DNA of 64,000 nucleotides from Flavobacteriales bacterium (GTDB taxonomy: Bacteria > Bacteroidota > Bacteroidia > Flavobacteriales_D > Sanyastnellaceae). Shown here piece by piece: positions 61,611-64,000 of this stretch (the stretch's first letter is position 1; every line of letters begins with the position of its first letter). The DNA lies in assembly GCA_036835325.1 (NCBI GenBank), contig DAITMF010000012.1, forward strand, positions 5,479-69,478, written 5' to 3'. Made by a program: the position numbers and the translations under genes. Below the pieces are notes generated by a model. It did no database searches. It saw only the letters and a list, made by a program, of their open reading frames with translations, and was not told the origin of the DNA.

Positions 61611-62777
61611 ATGCCCAAGATTTTGATCATTGACGACGAGGCCAGCATTCGCGGGTCACTGAAAGAGATTCTCGAGTACGAAGACTTCGAGGTTGACGAA
61701 GCTGACAGCGGCAAGGCCGGCGTTGACAAAGCAACTGCAAATCAATACGACCTTATCTTTTGCGACATCAAAATGCCTGGTATGGATGGCATCGAAGCCC
61801 TTGAGAAAATGAAAGCGTCGGGGGTTGAAAGTCCGGTCGTAATGATATCCGGACATGGCACCGTTGAGACGGCCGTTGATGCATTGAAAAAAGGAGCTTG
61901 GGACTTCATTGAAAAGCCGCTTGACCTCAACCGCATCTTGGTCACCGTTCGGAACGCTGCTGACACGGCCCATTTGGTGCAAGAGACCCGCACCTTGAAG
62001 CGCAAAATCAATAAGTCACTGGGTGCCGACATCATTGGTGAATCAACGCCAATCAAAGAAATCAAATCGCTGATCGATACGGTTGCTCCAACCGACGCTC
62101 GGGTATTGATTACCGGTGGCAACGGATCGGGAAAAGAGCTGGTGGCCCGCCAATTGCACGAAAAGAGTGAGCGCGCCTCCAAGGCGTTTGTCGAAGTAAA
62201 CTGCGCAGCCATTCCATCAGAACTGATCGAAAGCGAATTGTTCGGGCACGAAAAAGGTGCCTTTACAAGTGCCATCAAGCAGCGCAAGGGTAAGTTTGAA
62301 TTGGCCGACGGTGGAACCCTTTTTCTCGATGAGATTGGCGACATGAGCGCTTCTGCGCAGGCCAAGGTGCTTCGTGCACTTCAAGAGAACAAGATAACAC
62401 GTGTAGGCGGCGACAGCGACATCAAAGTGAATGTGCGCATTGTAGCTGCTACGAACAAAAATCTACGTGAAGAAATTGAAGCCGGGCAATTCCGTGAAGA
62501 CCTGTACCACCGGTTGAACGTGATTCCGATTCACGTACCGCCTTTACGGGAGCGATTGGATGACATTCCCTTGCTGGCAACGCACTTCATTGACATCATT
62601 TCCGGAGAGTACGGCAAACCTGCCAAAGCGATTACACCTGACGCCATCAAAGCCTTGCAAAAAGGCAATTGGACAGGCAACATCCGTGAGTTGCGCAACG
62701 TGATTGAGCGCTTGATTATTCTTAGTGGAGAACGCATCGAAGCTACTGACGTTGAGAAGTATGCGCAGGTGAATTGA
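61611..62777 (+). CDS. sigma-54-dependent response regulator (REC + AAA+; no C-terminal HTH visible)
   Basis: REC domain with DLIFCDIKMPGMDG, Walker A GGNGSGKE, GAFTSA loop (62256-62273), RELRNVIERL. Only 18 aa follow the AAA+ module. Confidence 0.85.
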   Translation: MPKILIIDDEASIRGSLKEILEYEDFEVDEADSGKAGVDKATANQYDLIFCDIKMPGMDGIEALEKMKASGVESPVVMISGHGTVETAVDALKKGAWDFIEKPLDLNRILVTVRNAADTAHLVQETRTLKRKINKSLGADIIGESTPIKEIKSLIDTVAPTDARVLITGGNGSGKELVARQLHEKSERASKAFVEVNCAAIPSELIESELFGHEKGAFTSAIKQRKGKFELADGGTLFLDEIGDMSASAQAKVLRALQENKITRVGGDSDIKVNVRIVAATNKNLREEIEAGQFREDLYHRLNVIPIHVPPLRERLDDIPLLATHFIDIISGEYGKPAKAITPDAIKALQKGNWTGNIRELRNVIERLIILSGERIEATDVEKYAQVN

Positions 62778-62954
62778 CCTTGTTTTAAGGAGTGGGCATA
62801 GTACGAAGATCACACAGAGCTTGTGTACCCATCCATCCCCTTCCATCCCTCAAAAAAAGTATCACAAAAAAGTTGCCTTAACGAGGCAACCCGGCACGCT
62901 TATTGCCGTCTTGTAAGTGCTGAAAGGCTCTAAAAACGATAAAATTCTAGCGCA

Positions 62955-63380
62955 ATGGATATCATAACTCAAATCATGAACAACGAGAACACAGGGATTA
63001 TGTTCCTCGTTGCGCTGCTGCTCCTTATTGGAGCCGTAGCAAAGTGGCGATTGTTCGTCAAAAGTAATCAGCCCGGTCTTGCAGCTATTGTGCCTGTTTG
63101 GGACGTAATTGCAACGCTCCACATCGTCGGTCGTCCGGGGTGGCACATCGTGTTCTTCTTGGTACCCGTGTTCAACGTGTACTTTGCTTTCAAACTGCTC
63201 ATTGAAGTAGCTCAAAGCTTCGGAAAACGCGATGTCATTGATTACGTTTTCGTAATCGTGTTCAACCTCTTTTACTTGCTCAACCTCGGTCTGGCGTACA
63301 ACGAAGAGTATCAGGGTCCTGTTTATGGAGTTAGCCCTGAAGAACTCAAACAGCGCGCTTCTCGTTACGCCACGGCTTAA
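62955..63380 (+). CDS. small integral membrane protein (DUF5684-like)
   Basis: 141 aa, 3-4 TM segments, motif LAAIVPVWDVIATLHIVGRPGWH typical of that family as I recall it. Confidence 0.6.
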   Translation: MDIITQIMNNENTGIMFLVALLLLIGAVAKWRLFVKSNQPGLAAIVPVWDVIATLHIVGRPGWHIVFFLVPVFNVYFAFKLLIEVAQSFGKRDVIDYVFVIVFNLFYLLNLGLAYNEEYQGPVYGVSPEELKQRASRYATA

Positions 63381-63411
63381 AAGCGCGCCTGAAACTAACT
63401 AAACTATAAAG

Positions 63412-63443
63412 AGCGGTCAGCTGATGAAGCTGGCCGCTTTTTT
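63412..63443 (+). terminator. rho-independent terminator after the DUF5684-like gene, overlapping the alaS 3' end
   Basis: agcggtcagc / gctggccgct (one G-U pair) followed by a 6-T run. Confidence 0.6.
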
Positions 63444-64000
63444 AATGGCCTCATCCAAGCCTTTTGGGTCTTTGCCGCCAGCCGTGGCAAAAAAGGCTTG
63501 GCCACCTCCCCCGCCTTGAATGGCCTTAGCCAACTCACGCACTACGGCACCGGCGTTCAACTGACGTGACACCACCAAATCATCGCTGATTACACAGGTA
63601 ATGGTGGGCTTGCCCTCAGCCTCTGAACCGAACACGGCGAACATATTTGACTTCTCAGAGCGGAAACTGAAGGCAATGTCTTTGATTTCAGCCGGGCCGA
63701 GGTCAACCTTGGCAGCCAAAAACTGCACCCCGTTCACCTCACTGAATTGCGCTGCAAGCTCGGCGCGAACCGAATTGGCCTGTTGTTTCCTGAACGATTC
63801 AAGTTCACGCGACAGTTGGGCATTCTTTTCGACGAGGTCAGCGACAGCTTTGGCCAGCTCACCCGGATTCTTGAGCAATGCACGTACCTCGTTCAAGGTC
63901 TCGATGTGCGACGCGAAGTAGTTTCGTGCAGCATCACCTGTAAGGGCCTCAATTCGGCGAACACCCGAAGCAACGGCTCCTTCAGAGGCCAGCACGAAAC
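63417..64000 (-). CDS. alaS: alanine--tRNA ligase, C-terminal (DHHA1) part; 5' end outside the window
   Basis: ...RRIEALTGDAA...GGGGGQAFFATAGGKDPKGL... is typical of the AlaRS C-terminus. The frame stays open to the window edge. Confidence 0.9.
   Translation of the reverse strand, partial: FVLASEGAVASGVRRIEALTGDAARNYFASHIETLNEVRALLKNPGELAKAVADLVEKNAQLSRELESFRKQQANSVRAELAAQFSEVNGVQFLAAKVDLGPAEIKDIAFSFRSEKSNMFAVFGSEAEGKPTITCVISDDLVVSRQLNAGAVVRELAKAIQGGGGGQAFFATAGGKDPKGLDEAIKKAASFIS

Noticed and set aside
62862-63215. 117-aa minus-strand ORF with a weak hairpin and T-run at 62866-62890
   Set aside because: It is antisense to the DUF5684-like membrane protein, which has clear TM segments. The hairpin stem is only 6 bp. 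The protein sequence has no plausible features.

Overview
This is chromosomal DNA from a Bacteroidota (Flavobacteriia-like) bacterium, about 50% GC and densely coding (about 70 CDS). Lineage evidence: T9SS C-terminal sorting domains, a PorP/SprF gene, DUF4290-murA synteny, an r-protein supercluster with map but no tuf or adk, and TAnnTTTG -7 boxes. I found no rRNA, tRNA, CRISPR, IS, integrase, phage or recognisable defence genes. The core block at 31169-48953 (-) is a complete str/S10/spc/alpha cluster (rpsL-rpsG-fusA-rpsJ...rplO-secY-map-infA-rpmJ-rpsM-rpsK-rpsD-rpoA-rplQ), followed by carA and eno. rpmJ and rpmD fall below the ORF-track cutoff and I translated them by hand. Other housekeeping genes are Nif3 plus a DUF164-type gene, lpxK, lpxH, gap, lipA, OsmC, rlmB, a UvrD-family helicase, DUF4290-murA, grpE-dnaJ, an ABC-2 exporter, Ppx/GppA, a sigma-54 activator, alaS (partial) and two TlpA-like thioredoxins. 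The accessory-looking parts are all cell-envelope or T9SS related. They are a BNR-propeller T9SS cargo (5807-9049), an Omp85-like barrel plus GWxTD lipoprotein (11490-14447), a type-B T9SS module with a 1963-aa SprB-repeat adhesin, PorP/SprF and a PD40/OmpA protein (15288-24534), an unknown 508-aa helical protein with a structured leader (24604-26394), another T9SS cargo (26397-28547) and an unknown lipoprotein (51480-53657). Verdict: I see no convincing new multi-gene system such as a defence, toxin or mobile module. The leads most worth follow-up are the structured intergenic element at 26156-26394, the Omp85/GWxTD pair and the orphan ORF ahead of the adhesin. All functional calls rest on motif recognition by eye, with no database search.
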